Made by a program: the position numbers and the translations under genes. Below the pieces are notes generated by a model. It was not told the DNA's origin, made no database searches, and saw only the letters and a program-made list of their open reading frames with translations. Shown in pieces: positions 27,637 through 35,676 of a DNA stretch of 64,000 bases. Positions within the stretch are counted from its first letter, which is position 1. Each line of letters opens with the position of its first letter. This DNA is from Candidatus Dormibacteria bacterium (lineage in GTDB: Bacteria; Chloroflexota; Dormibacteria; Aeolococcales; Aeolococcaceae): assembly GCA_050011555.1 (NCBI GenBank), contig JBEKIT010000010.1, forward strand, positions 18,720 to 82,719. The letters run 5' to 3'.

Positions 27637-29151
27637 ATGCTTCTCTCCGAGCTGCTCCGCCGGTCGGGCCTCGATCCCGCGACCGAGGCGGGCGACCCCG
27701 ACGTGACCTCGATCGAATACGACTCTCGCCGCTGCGGTCCAGGTGCCCTCTTCGTCGCAATCCCGGGGTTCCACGTCCAGGGTGCCGACTTCGCCGCCCA
27801 GGCTGTCGGTGCCGGCGCGGTCGCCGTGGTCGCCGAGGACCCCCCTGACCCTCCGTTCCCGGGCACGCCGCTGGCAACCGTCGCGAGCAGCCGGCGGGCC
27901 CTGAGCGCGCTCGCCGCCACCCTCGCCGGGCATCCGTCACGGCGGATGACGGTGGCCGGGATCACCGGCACCGACGGCAAGACCACCACCACCACCATGC
28001 TCTGGGCGGCCTGGACCGCCGCCGGTGAGAGGGCCGCCAGGGTCACCACGGTGGATGTACGGATCGGGGCCGTCAGCCGGCCGAGCTCCGGCCGGCTCAC
28101 CACCCTCGAGGCTCCCGAGCTGCACCACCTGCTGGCCGAGGTCGCCGCCGCGGGCTGCACCCACGTCGCCCTGGAGACGTCCTCGCACGGGCTCCATTTC
28201 CATCGCGTCGACGACGTCGACTACGACCTGGCCGTCTACACGCGGATCACCTCCGAGCACCTCGACATCCACGGCACCCGGGAGGAGTACCTGCGCACCA
28301 AGCGGCGGCTGCTGGAGCTGGTGGGCGAGCGGCCGCGAGGCCTCGCCGTCCTCGACCGGGACGACGACTTCGGCTTCCCGAGCCTCGCCGCCACCCCGGT
28401 GGCGCGGCGGCTCACCTACAGCGCCGGCGGCCGCTCCGACGCCGACCTGGTGGCCGAGGACCTCCATGTTGAGGACAGAGGTGTCCATTTCACGGCGGCC
28501 ACGCCGTGGGGACGGCTCCCGATGGAGCTGCGCCTGGCTGGCTCCTTCAACGCGGCCAACGCGCTGGCGGCGCTGGCCGCCGCGTGCGGAGGCGGCGTCG
28601 CCCTGGAGACGGCGGTCCGGGGAATCGCCGGCCTGGAGCGGGTGATCGGGCGGATGGAGCGGATCGAGCTCGGCCAGGACTTCGGCGTGGTGGTCGATTA
28701 CGCGCACACCGCCGCCGCCCTCGAGAAGGTGCTCGGCGAGCTACGCCCCGCCACCCGCGGCCGGCTCTGGGTGGTGTTCGGCTCGGCGGGGGAGCGCGAC
28801 CGCGAGAAGCGGGGCACGATGGGCGGGATCGCGGCCCGCCTCGCCGACGTGGTGGTGGTCACCGACGAGGACCCGCGCGGCGAGGACCGGGTCGGCATCC
28901 TCGAGGAGATCGGCCGGGCGGCGGAGGCCGGGGGGGCGACCCGGGGCGACCGCCTGCACCTCATCCCCGATCGGACCGAGGCGATCGGCTTCGCCATCGA
29001 GGGCGCCCGGCCGGGTGACACCGTCCTGCTGGCGGGCAAGGGCCACGAGCGCACCATCGAGACGGCGAGCGGACCGGTGCCCTGGGACGAGCGAGGGAGC
29101 GCGGAGGCGGCGGTGCGCCGGCGCCTGGCCTCGGGGTCGGCCCCCGGATGA
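27637..29151 (+). CDS. murE: UDP-N-acetylmuramoyl-L-alanyl-D-glutamate--diamino acid ligase
   Basis: YDSRRCGPGALFVAIPG, GITGTDGKTTTT, ETSSHGL, TSEHLDIHG and TDEDPRGED (at the position of the DNPR motif). Begins 21 nt after menF. Confidence 0.85.
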   Translation: MLLSELLRRSGLDPATEAGDPDVTSIEYDSRRCGPGALFVAIPGFHVQGADFAAQAVGAGAVAVVAEDPPDPPFPGTPLATVASSRRALSALAATLAGHPSRRMTVAGITGTDGKTTTTTMLWAAWTAAGERAARVTTVDVRIGAVSRPSSGRLTTLEAPELHHLLAEVAAAGCTHVALETSSHGLHFHRVDDVDYDLAVYTRITSEHLDIHGTREEYLRTKRRLLELVGERPRGLAVLDRDDDFGFPSLAATPVARRLTYSAGGRSDADLVAEDLHVEDRGVHFTAATPWGRLPMELRLAGSFNAANALAALAAACGGGVALETAVRGIAGLERVIGRMERIELGQDFGVVVDYAHTAAALEKVLGELRPATRGRLWVVFGSAGERDREKRGTMGGIAARLADVVVVTDEDPRGEDRVGILEEIGRAAEAGGATRGDRLHLIPDRTEAIGFAIEGARPGDTVLLAGKGHERTIETASGPVPWDERGSAEAAVRRRLASGSAPG

Positions 29152-29207
29152 GCCACTTACCACTGCGACGGGAGCGCCCGGTCCCGGCGCCGGAGCGGCT
29201 CGGCCGG

Positions 29208-29945
29208 TCAGCCCCCGCCGAGGGGGCGTCGGGCGGGCACCCCCGCGCGGCGGGGGAAGGTCTCCGGGGTCGGCGCCACCTTGGTGATCGCGAGGATGCC
29301 GGGAGCGACCGCCAGCGGCGGCCCTCCCCCGCACGCCGACGCGGCCACGGCCGCGGTCCGCGCGTCGGCCTCAGCGTCGGCCACCAGCGCGAGCAGCCGG
29401 CCGCCGCTGCGGAGCAGCGGCAGCGCCAGCTCGCAGAGCGCCGGAGCGGCCGCGGTGGCCCGCGACACCGCCATGTCGTACCGCCCGCGATGAGCCGGAT
29501 CGCGACCCACCTCCTCGGCGCGGCAGGAGACCACGGTGACCCGAGCGCATGCGCAGACGGCGGCCGCGTGGAGCAGGAACCCGGCCTTGCGCCGGTCGGA
29601 CTCGACCAGGGTCAGTACGAGGTCCGGGCGCAGGATCGCCATCACCAACCCGGGCACCCCGCCGCCGGTGCCGATGTCGATCACCCGCGCGCCGTGTGCG
29701 GGCTCCGCCACGGCGAGCAGCCGCCGCACCTCGCCGGTGTGCCGGCTGTCCGCCTGAGCCCGGGGCACCGCCGTCAGATTGATCCGCCGGTTCCAGAGAT
29801 ACAGCTCGTCCAGGTAGCGGCCCAGCCTCGCGGCGACCTCGGCGTGGAACTCGGCGTCGATCTCCGGCCCGGTCACGGCTCGCCGGTCCCCGCTGGTCGG
29901 CGGTGATGTTTCCCCGTGCGGGACGGCCCCGCTGGAGCCGGCCAT
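29208..29945 (-). CDS. rsmG: 16S rRNA (guanine527-N7)-methyltransferase
   Basis: WNRRINLTAV, VIDIGTGGGVPG, LVESDRRKAGFL and SRA motifs typical of RsmG/GidB. Confidence 0.85.
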   Translation of the reverse strand: MAGSSGAVPHGETSPPTSGDRRAVTGPEIDAEFHAEVAARLGRYLDELYLWNRRINLTAVPRAQADSRHTGEVRRLLAVAEPAHGARVIDIGTGGGVPGLVMAILRPDLVLTLVESDRRKAGFLLHAAAVCACARVTVVSCRAEEVGRDPAHRGRYDMAVSRATAAAPALCELALPLLRSGGRLLALVADAEADARTAAVAASACGGGPPLAVAPGILAITKVAPTPETFPRRAGVPARRPLGGG

Positions 29946-29987
29946 GCCATGATCTCCTCACCAGACAGGACGACTTCGGAGGAGCCG

Positions 29988-30173
29988 ATGGCAACGCCCA
30001 ACCCGTGCCCCCGATGCAGCGCTCCGCGTCTCACCATCATCTACTACGACGCTGACGGTAACCCGATCGGCGGACGGCTCGAGTGCACCGACTGCGGGCC
30101 GCGTCAGGCGGTCGAGCTGTATCCCGTGAGCGGCGACGTCCGCGACCAGCTCCTCAAGCGCAAGGCGTCCTGA
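29988..30173 (+). CDS. Small zinc-ribbon-like protein (61 aa)
   Basis: ATG 29988 is preceded by GGAGG. Has CPRC...CTDC cysteine pairs and high GC3. Confidence 0.55.
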   Translation: MATPNPCPRCSAPRLTIIYYDADGNPIGGRLECTDCGPRQAVELYPVSGDVRDQLLKRKAS

Positions 30174-30350
30174 CCCCGGCGTCACCGGCACGGAGGATCG
30201 CGCGCCTGCCCGTCCCATCGCGCGCCCGTTCGGGTCGCGCCGTCTCTGTTACCAACGGTTAGCACGATCGCACACCCCCGCGACCGCTCGATGACAGAGC
30301 CGTGACCTCGCCGGACCCGCTCAGGATCGCCTTCACATACTGGCTGAGCG

Positions 30351-31607
30351 ATGGGCCGAAAACGACCCGGGCGTGCCAAGCGCCCGACCCGGCTTGGCGC
30401 CGCCCTGGTGGCCGCGCTGACCGCCGCGGTGTGCCTGGGCAGCGCCCACGTGCTCGCCGGTGACGGGTCGGGGGGCGACCTGACCGCCGCCCAGCAGGCC
30501 CTCGCCCAGGCTCAGCTCCAGGCTCTGCAGGCGAGGGACCACGTGGCCGAGGCCAGCACCCAGCTCGCCGATGCGCGCGCCGAGCTCGCCCAGGCCCAGG
30601 CGCAGCTGGCCGCGATGAAGGCCAGGATCGTCTCCCTCGACGCCGAGGTCAGCTCCGACCAGGCCGAGGTCACCGCGCTGCAGGGCCAGATCGCCCAGGA
30701 CAAGCAGCGGCTGGCCGCCTTCGTGCGCGCCAGCTACGAGAGCGAGGGCAGCCAGACCACCGTCGAGTACCTGGTCGACGCCCAGAGCATCAGCAACCTC
30801 GTGGCCAGGATCAATGAGGTCGATCACGTGGCGACCGCGGGCAACCTGCTCGTGAATCAGATCAGCGCGGAGCAGACCCGGGAGCAGCATCTCCTGGGCG
30901 CCGCGCTCGCGGCGCGCAGCCAGGAGCAGGCGGCCGAACAGCAGGCGGCGACCCAGGAGGTGGTGATCGCCAACGACGAGGCGAGCGACGCGGTGCTGCT
31001 GGCCAACGACCAGGTGGCGGCCAGCCAGGCGGAGCAGGCCGTCAGCTCGGCGCAGACCGAGTACGACCTGATCTCCGAGTACGACACCGAGTACGCCGAC
31101 GCCGCCGAGGCCCTCGCCCTGGCCCGGGCGGACGGCACCATCTTCTCGCCGATCCCCGGCCCCGTCTTCACCGAGGACACCGACCTCACCCTCCCCTCCG
31201 GCGAGAACGCCCAGACCATCGACGACTTCCTGGCCGGCACCGACCTGGCGGGTCTCGGCAGCGCCTACATGCAGGCCGAGGCGAGCTACGGGGTGAGCGC
31301 CCGCTACCTGGTCGCCCACTCGATCGAGGAGTCGGGCTGGGGGACGAGCGCCATCGCCCAGCAGAAGCACAACCTCTTCGGCTACGGCGCCGACGACAGC
31401 AACCCCTTCGGCGACGCCATGAGCTTCTTGAGCTTCACCGCCTGCATCCTCTACGTGGCCCAGGAGGTGAAGCAGGACTACCTCACGCCCGGCGGCGCCT
31501 ACTACCACGGGCCGACGCTCCGAGGGATGAACGTCGACTACGCCTCCGACCCGTTCTGGGCGTCCCAGATCGCGGCCATAGCCCGGACGGTGCCCCTCCC
31601 CAGCTGA
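30351..31607 (+). CDS. Secreted peptidoglycan hydrolase: coiled-coil N-terminal region + glucosaminidase (LytD/FlgJ-type) domain
   Basis: Signal peptide MGRKRPGRAKRPTRLGAALVAALTAAVCLG, a long Ala/Gln-rich coiled coil, and C-terminal AHSIEESGWGTS...NLFGYGA, which is characteristic of mannosyl-glycoprotein endo-beta-N-acetylglucosaminidase domains. Confidence 0.8.
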   Translation: MGRKRPGRAKRPTRLGAALVAALTAAVCLGSAHVLAGDGSGGDLTAAQQALAQAQLQALQARDHVAEASTQLADARAELAQAQAQLAAMKARIVSLDAEVSSDQAEVTALQGQIAQDKQRLAAFVRASYESEGSQTTVEYLVDAQSISNLVARINEVDHVATAGNLLVNQISAEQTREQHLLGAALAARSQEQAAEQQAATQEVVIANDEASDAVLLANDQVAASQAEQAVSSAQTEYDLISEYDTEYADAAEALALARADGTIFSPIPGPVFTEDTDLTLPSGENAQTIDDFLAGTDLAGLGSAYMQAEASYGVSARYLVAHSIEESGWGTSAIAQQKHNLFGYGADDSNPFGDAMSFLSFTACILYVAQEVKQDYLTPGGAYYHGPTLRGMNVDYASDPFWASQIAAIARTVPLPS

Positions 31608-31631
31608 CTCCCACGGGCCGCGGGACGTCCC

Positions 31632-31646
31632 CCCCGCCCTGCGGGG
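31632..31646 (+). terminator. Hairpin CCCCGC-CCT-GCGGGG after the hydrolase gene
   Basis: Perfect 6-bp GC stem 25 nt after the stop. No U-tract. Confidence 0.3.
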
Positions 31647-31772
31647 AGGGGAGGCGACACCTGCCCGGGTTGTCATCGACCTGACAGGAAGAGGCTGGTA
31701 ACTCTAGGAGAGCAATCCCCCACCCGCGCTCCTGGGCGCAACCGGACACGGTCCACGGACGTATACACAGAC

Positions 31773-32108
31773 ATGATCTCCCCACTGCGCGTCACCAACG
31801 ACGAGATCACCGAGCAGCTCCGCCATCGGATCCGCCGCGACTCCGAGCGGCGGCGGATGGAACGACCGATCGAGGAGGTCGATCAGATCATCGCCGAGTG
31901 CGAGGAGCTGCTCCTGCTCGGCCGCAAGCGCGTCCCGCTGCAGATGGAGGGGCGGCTGCAGCGGCTGGCCGCGACCCTGCCCTGCTGCGCCCCCGAGCTC
32001 CACGCCGGGGTGACCATCGTGCGCCTCATGGACCAGCTCTTCGACCTGCAGGCCGAGCTGCTGGGCCGGCGCGTCGATCGCGCCGCCTTCCCGGACGAGC
32101 TGGATTAG
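31773..32108 (+). CDS. Hypothetical helical protein (111 aa)
   Basis: ORF with good GC3, preceded by a relatively AT-rich spacer. No family recognised. Confidence 0.5.
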   Translation: MISPLRVTNDEITEQLRHRIRRDSERRRMERPIEEVDQIIAECEELLLLGRKRVPLQMEGRLQRLAATLPCCAPELHAGVTIVRLMDQLFDLQAELLGRRVDRAAFPDELD

Positions 32109-32126
32109 CCTCCCTTCCGCCGGCGC

Positions 32127-32867
32127 TCAGCCGGCGGACACGGGGCCGGCCGGCGCCGGGACCGGCGCGGTCGCTCCGGTGACCGCCGCCGGCGGCGGGG
32201 GATGGGCGGCGCAGTAGCCGGGGCTCGAGCTCGCCGACGGCGCGTGGAAGCCCAGCTCGAGCCCTCGATACGGAACCACGACCACGCACTCCAGGCCGTA
32301 CTGGCTGAGCTCTGAGCCGCTGAGCAGGGGGGCGAGTGAGAAGGCGGCGCTCCCTCGCGGGTCCACGGCCGAGCGCAGGAACCCCGGGATCGCCTGGTCC
32401 CCGACATCGATCTCCTCGAGATCGGGGGTGATCGTCCCGCCGGGCTCGAAGCTGAGGCTGAGCCTGGCGGTCGCCACCACGCCGAGGGGTCCCAGGCGGC
32501 TGTCAGCGGTGACCCAGAGCTGACCGGCCCGGGCCCGGACCTGGACGTCGGTGAAGCTGCCCGGATCGGGGTTGACGGCGGCGGCGAGGGTCGAGAGGTC
32601 CTGCTCGCTGACCACGACCACCGCCCCGGTGGCGTCCGGCTGGGCGAGCTGGATGGCGACGCCGCCGGCCAGCGTGGCCGCGATCTCCAGCGGGCTCCCC
32701 CCGTCGTCGGGTCCCGCCGGGGTGCCTCCGAGGTCGGGGCGGGCGGTGAGCCGGACCAGGAGAACGACGAGCACGGCGAGGAGGACGATCAGCGCCACCA
32801 GCCCAGCGCAGCAGCCGCGGAAGAGACCGCGCTCCCCGGCGCGGCGGGCGATGAGGCCCCGGGTCAC
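32127..32867 (-). CDS. Hypothetical membrane-anchored protein (single N-terminal TM)
   Basis: 246 aa. The TM helix GLVALIVLLAVLVVLLV is followed by a beta-rich extracytoplasmic domain. GTG 32867 overlaps the upstream stop (GTGA). Confidence 0.6.
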   Translation of the reverse strand: MTRGLIARRAGERGLFRGCCAGLVALIVLLAVLVVLLVRLTARPDLGGTPAGPDDGGSPLEIAATLAGGVAIQLAQPDATGAVVVVSEQDLSTLAAAVNPDPGSFTDVQVRARAGQLWVTADSRLGPLGVVATARLSLSFEPGGTITPDLEEIDVGDQAIPGFLRSAVDPRGSAAFSLAPLLSGSELSQYGLECVVVVPYRGLELGFHAPSASSSPGYCAAHPPPPAAVTGATAPVPAPAGPVSAG

Positions 32868-33520
32868 CTGATCCGGAAGAAGAGGAAGAAGCTCGTCCCC
32901 GCGATCACCGCGAACACGACGATCCCCAGCAGGGCCAGCTCCAGCAGCGGCGAGCCGCTGCCGTTCGGATGCGGCGTGACCGTGGTGTTGGACGAGGTCG
33001 CCGGGATGCTCGGCGCCGTCTGGTTAGGATCGATCTGCTCCGCGTAGGGGGTCGGCACCGCGGTGGGAGCAGAGGTCGGGGGGGGCACCGGGGTGGGGGT
33101 CGGGGTGGGGGTGGGGACGGGGGTGGGGGTGGCGGTCGGGGGGGGCGTGAAGCAGTGCGGATCAAAGGGGTTGACGCAGGGGCTGCCGGTGGGGGTCGGC
33201 GTCCCGCCGGGGTCCGCCGCCACGCCGATCGGACCCACCGAGACCGGGAGAGTGGAGCCGAGCAGCCCCGCGGCCACCAGCCAGGCGGCGACCAGGCACA
33301 GCGAGAGCCCGAGGGCCCGGCGGAGGCCGAGCCTGCCCCCTGTCGCGAGGCTGCGCCTCACTGGTCTGCGAGCGTCGCGTCGCACCGCTCTGCGCTCCCG
33401 GTGGGGGCGGCGGTCGGTACTCCCGGCGCCCACCGAGGGATTCGGCGGGCGGGGCGGGATCCGGGTGGCCCCGGTTCGGGAGGATACCGCGCCCCGGGCC
33501 CGCCGCGGGCCGCACCTCAC
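32864..33520 (-). CDS. Secreted Pro/Thr-rich protein with C-terminal TM helix + basic tail
   Basis: N-terminal signal/anchor LGLSLCLVAAWLVAAGLLG, a PT linker TPTPVPTPTPTPTPVPPPT, and the C-terminus GSGSPLLELALLGIVVFAVIAGTSFFLFFRIR. The true start is probably downstream of 33520. Confidence 0.6.
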   Translation of the reverse strand: MRCGPRRARGAVSSRTGATRIPPRPPNPSVGAGSTDRRPHRERRAVRRDARRPVRRSLATGGRLGLRRALGLSLCLVAAWLVAAGLLGSTLPVSVGPIGVAADPGGTPTPTGSPCVNPFDPHCFTPPPTATPTPVPTPTPTPTPVPPPTSAPTAVPTPYAEQIDPNQTAPSIPATSSNTTVTPHPNGSGSPLLELALLGIVVFAVIAGTSFFLFFRIR

Positions 33521-33574
33521 CGGTTGCGACGCCCCGATCCGATCCCGCGGGAGCGCGTACCATCGCTCTGGTCA

Positions 33575-34663
33575 ATGGCCGCGAGGACCCCGCTCCACGC
33601 CCGACACCTGGCCGCCCACGCGGTCATGGTCGAGTTCGCGGGCTACGAGATGCCCCTCCGCTACAGCTCCATGCGCGACGAGCACGTCGCGGTGCGAACC
33701 CGAGCCGGGCTCTTCGACCTCTCTCACATGGGGGAGGTGCGGCTCACCGGGAGCTCCGCCGAGGCCACGGTGCAGCGGCTGGTGGCCAACGACGTCTCGA
33801 CCCTCACCCCGGGCCGCGCCCTCTACTCGGTGGTCTGCAACGACCAGGCCGGCATCGTCGACGACGTGCTCGTGTACCGCGTGGAGGACGGGTTCCTGAT
33901 CGTCGTCAACGCCTCCCGCCGCCAGGTCGACCTGGAGTGGATGGCCGCCCACCTGCTCCCGGGCACCGAGCTCCGCGACGAGAGCGACGAGACCGCGCTG
34001 CTCGCCGTCCAGGGCCCGGAGGCGGTGGCGATCGTCCAGACGCTCACCGACCAGGACGTCTCCGGGCTGCGATCGTTCAGTTCGGTGACCGGCGAGGTGG
34101 CGGGGGTGCCATGCCGGATCTCCCGAACCGGGTACACCGGGGAGGACGGGCTGGAGCTCTACTGCGCACCCGCCCCGGCCCCGGCCCTCTGGGACGCGCT
34201 GCTCGCGGCCGGCGCGGGCCGGGGGCTGATCCCCGCCGGGCTGGGAGCCCGCGACACCCTGCGACTCGAGGCCGGCCTCCGGCTCTACGGCCAGGACATG
34301 GACGAGACCGTCGACCCCTACAGCTGCGGCCTGGCCTGGACCGTGAAGCTGGGCAAGGGCGACTTCATCGGCGCCTCACGTCTCCACGAGCTCGACCCGG
34401 ACAACCCGCCCCGGCGGTTCGTGGGGCTGGCCCTCGGCCCCCGCCAGATCCCCCGGCACGGGATGGCGGTCCTAGCCGGTGACACCCCCGCCGGGGAGGT
34501 GACCAGTGGAGGCTTCAGCTTCACCTTGGGCCACGGCATCGCGACCGCGTACGTCGCGCCCGCGCTCGCCGGGGCGGGCCTCAGCGTCGACATCCGCGGC
34601 GAGGCGGTACCGGCGCGCCGCGTTCCGCTCCCGTTCCACGGTGGGCACCACCACCGCCAGTGA
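33575..34663 (+). CDS. gcvT: Glycine cleavage system aminomethyltransferase T
   Basis: From ATG 33575. FAGYEMPLRY, GLFDLSHMGE, GYTGEDGLEL and LGARDTLRLEAGL. Confidence 0.9.
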   Translation: MAARTPLHARHLAAHAVMVEFAGYEMPLRYSSMRDEHVAVRTRAGLFDLSHMGEVRLTGSSAEATVQRLVANDVSTLTPGRALYSVVCNDQAGIVDDVLVYRVEDGFLIVVNASRRQVDLEWMAAHLLPGTELRDESDETALLAVQGPEAVAIVQTLTDQDVSGLRSFSSVTGEVAGVPCRISRTGYTGEDGLELYCAPAPAPALWDALLAAGAGRGLIPAGLGARDTLRLEAGLRLYGQDMDETVDPYSCGLAWTVKLGKGDFIGASRLHELDPDNPPRRFVGLALGPRQIPRHGMAVLAGDTPAGEVTSGGFSFTLGHGIATAYVAPALAGAGLSVDIRGEAVPARRVPLPFHGGHHHRQ

Positions 34664-34684
34664 CCTGCTTGGAGGAGCCCGACC

Positions 34685-35062
34685 ATGCCCGACCTCTCCG
34701 GCTACCGCTTCACCCCCACCCATGAGTGGGTGCGCCGTGACGGCGACACGGCCACCGTCGGGATCTCCGACCACGCCCAGGCGCAGCTCGGCGACGTGAT
34801 CTTCCTGGACCTGCCCTCGGTCGGCGCGAAGCTGACCGCGGGGGCGCGCTTCGGGGCCATCGAGTCGGTGAAGGCGGCCAGCGACCTATATGCGCCGGTG
34901 ACGGGCACGGTCACCGAGGTCAACGAGAGCCTGGCCGAGACCCCGGAGAGGGTCAACACATCGCCCTACGAGGATGGCTGGCTGGTCCGCCTCGGCGACG
35001 TGGTCGACGGGGAGCTGGACCTGCTCGATGAGGCCGCGTACCTCGCCCAGGCCGGGGAGTAG
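34685..35062 (+). CDS. gcvH: Glycine cleavage system H protein (lipoyl carrier)
   Basis: HEWVR, GISDHAQAQLGD and the lipoyl-lysine motif ESVKAASD. Confidence 0.9.
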   Translation: MPDLSGYRFTPTHEWVRRDGDTATVGISDHAQAQLGDVIFLDLPSVGAKLTAGARFGAIESVKAASDLYAPVTGTVTEVNESLAETPERVNTSPYEDGWLVRLGDVVDGELDLLDEAAYLAQAGE

Positions 35063-35084
35063 CGATAGACTTCGGAATCCTCCG

Positions 35085-35161
35085 GGTCAGCTAGCTCAGT
35101 TGGTTAGAGCGCGCGGTTCACATCCGCGAGGTCGAGGGTTCAAGTCCCCCGCTGACCACCA
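35085..35161 (+). tRNA. tRNA-Val (anticodon CAC), CCA encoded
   Basis: Hand-folded cloverleaf. The 7-bp acceptor stem GGTCAGC/GCTGACC, D arm GCTC/GAGC and anticodon stem CGCGG/CCGCG all pair. The anticodon loop is TTCACAT. The T arm GAGGG-TTCAAGT-CCCCC has one A-C mismatch. Discriminator A followed by CCA. Confidence 0.9.
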
Positions 35162-35234
35162 AACCCTCTCGGTGTGCGGACACGCGTGCCGGGGCTGGAG
35201 GGTTCGCCACCCCGGTCCGCAACCCGAGGCCACC

Positions 35235-35321
35235 ATGACCCTCACCCTGATCGAGAGCGGACTCGGCATCGCGGAGCACCGCTTCGAGGTCTCCGTCGAT
35301 GGGGAGACGGTGCCCCGGTAG
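35235..35321 (+). other. 28-codon micro-ORF or gene fragment (MTLTLIESGLGIAEHRFEVSVDGETVPR)
   Basis: ATG 35235 to TAG 35319-35321. 26 of 28 third positions are G/C, as in real genes here. No homolog recognised. It could be a remnant of a larger gene. Confidence 0.2.
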
Positions 35322-35332
35322 CGCTCAAATGC

Positions 35333-35620
35333 TCACGCCGCCGAGGGACCCTCGTCGCAGCACCGGCTGGCCGGAGTGGCGGCCCGCGCCGCCGGCTGAG
35401 CGCTCGCCACCCCGAGTGCGGGCCGCGCGGGCAGCTCCACGACCGGGGCACCGCCAGGGAGACGGGTGCCCCACTCCGGAGCGGGAGCCGGGAGGCGGGC
35501 GGGGGACGTCGAGCGTCGGGATTGGGCCGCGTCGCGCCTGAGCCTAGATCTCTCGGCATCGCGGACGAGGTCACGGTGACGTTCACGGGCGATCATCAGG
35601 CTGGCGTATGGGCTCATCAT
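35333..35620 (-). CDS. Hypothetical small protein (95 aa)
   Basis: ATG-ATG at 35620. The N-terminus MMSPYASLMIARERHRDLVRDAERSRLRR resembles a common actinobacterial small-protein pattern. GC3 is lower than in neighbouring genes. Divergent from the WYL regulator. Confidence 0.35.
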   Translation of the reverse strand: MMSPYASLMIARERHRDLVRDAERSRLRRDAAQSRRSTSPARLPAPAPEWGTRLPGGAPVVELPARPALGVASAQPAARAATPASRCCDEGPSAA

Positions 35621-35676
35621 GTCCACGAGCTTACAACCCAATCCGGACAGGATCAGTCCTATATACTGACGGCTCA

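Noticed and set aside
30174-30350. c-di-AMP (ydaO) riboswitch upstream of the peptidoglycan hydrolase gene
   Set aside because: I could not find the conserved GGGGUGAAUC or AGCUAACCUCGUAAGC-type elements. Only a generic long-range pairing is visible. It is retained as a low-interest leader in the findings.
31619-31646. 6C-type small RNA (a hairpin with a run of seven C residues)
   Set aside because: Only one C-rich hairpin is present, whereas the 6C motif needs two. Its position right after a stop codon fits a simple terminator-like hairpin.
35162-35676. Integrated mobile element at the 3' end of tRNA-Val
   Set aside because: No integrase or recombinase gene is present, and no direct repeat of the tRNA 3' half was found downstream within the window. 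Only a possible decayed remnant remains, as noted in the findings.
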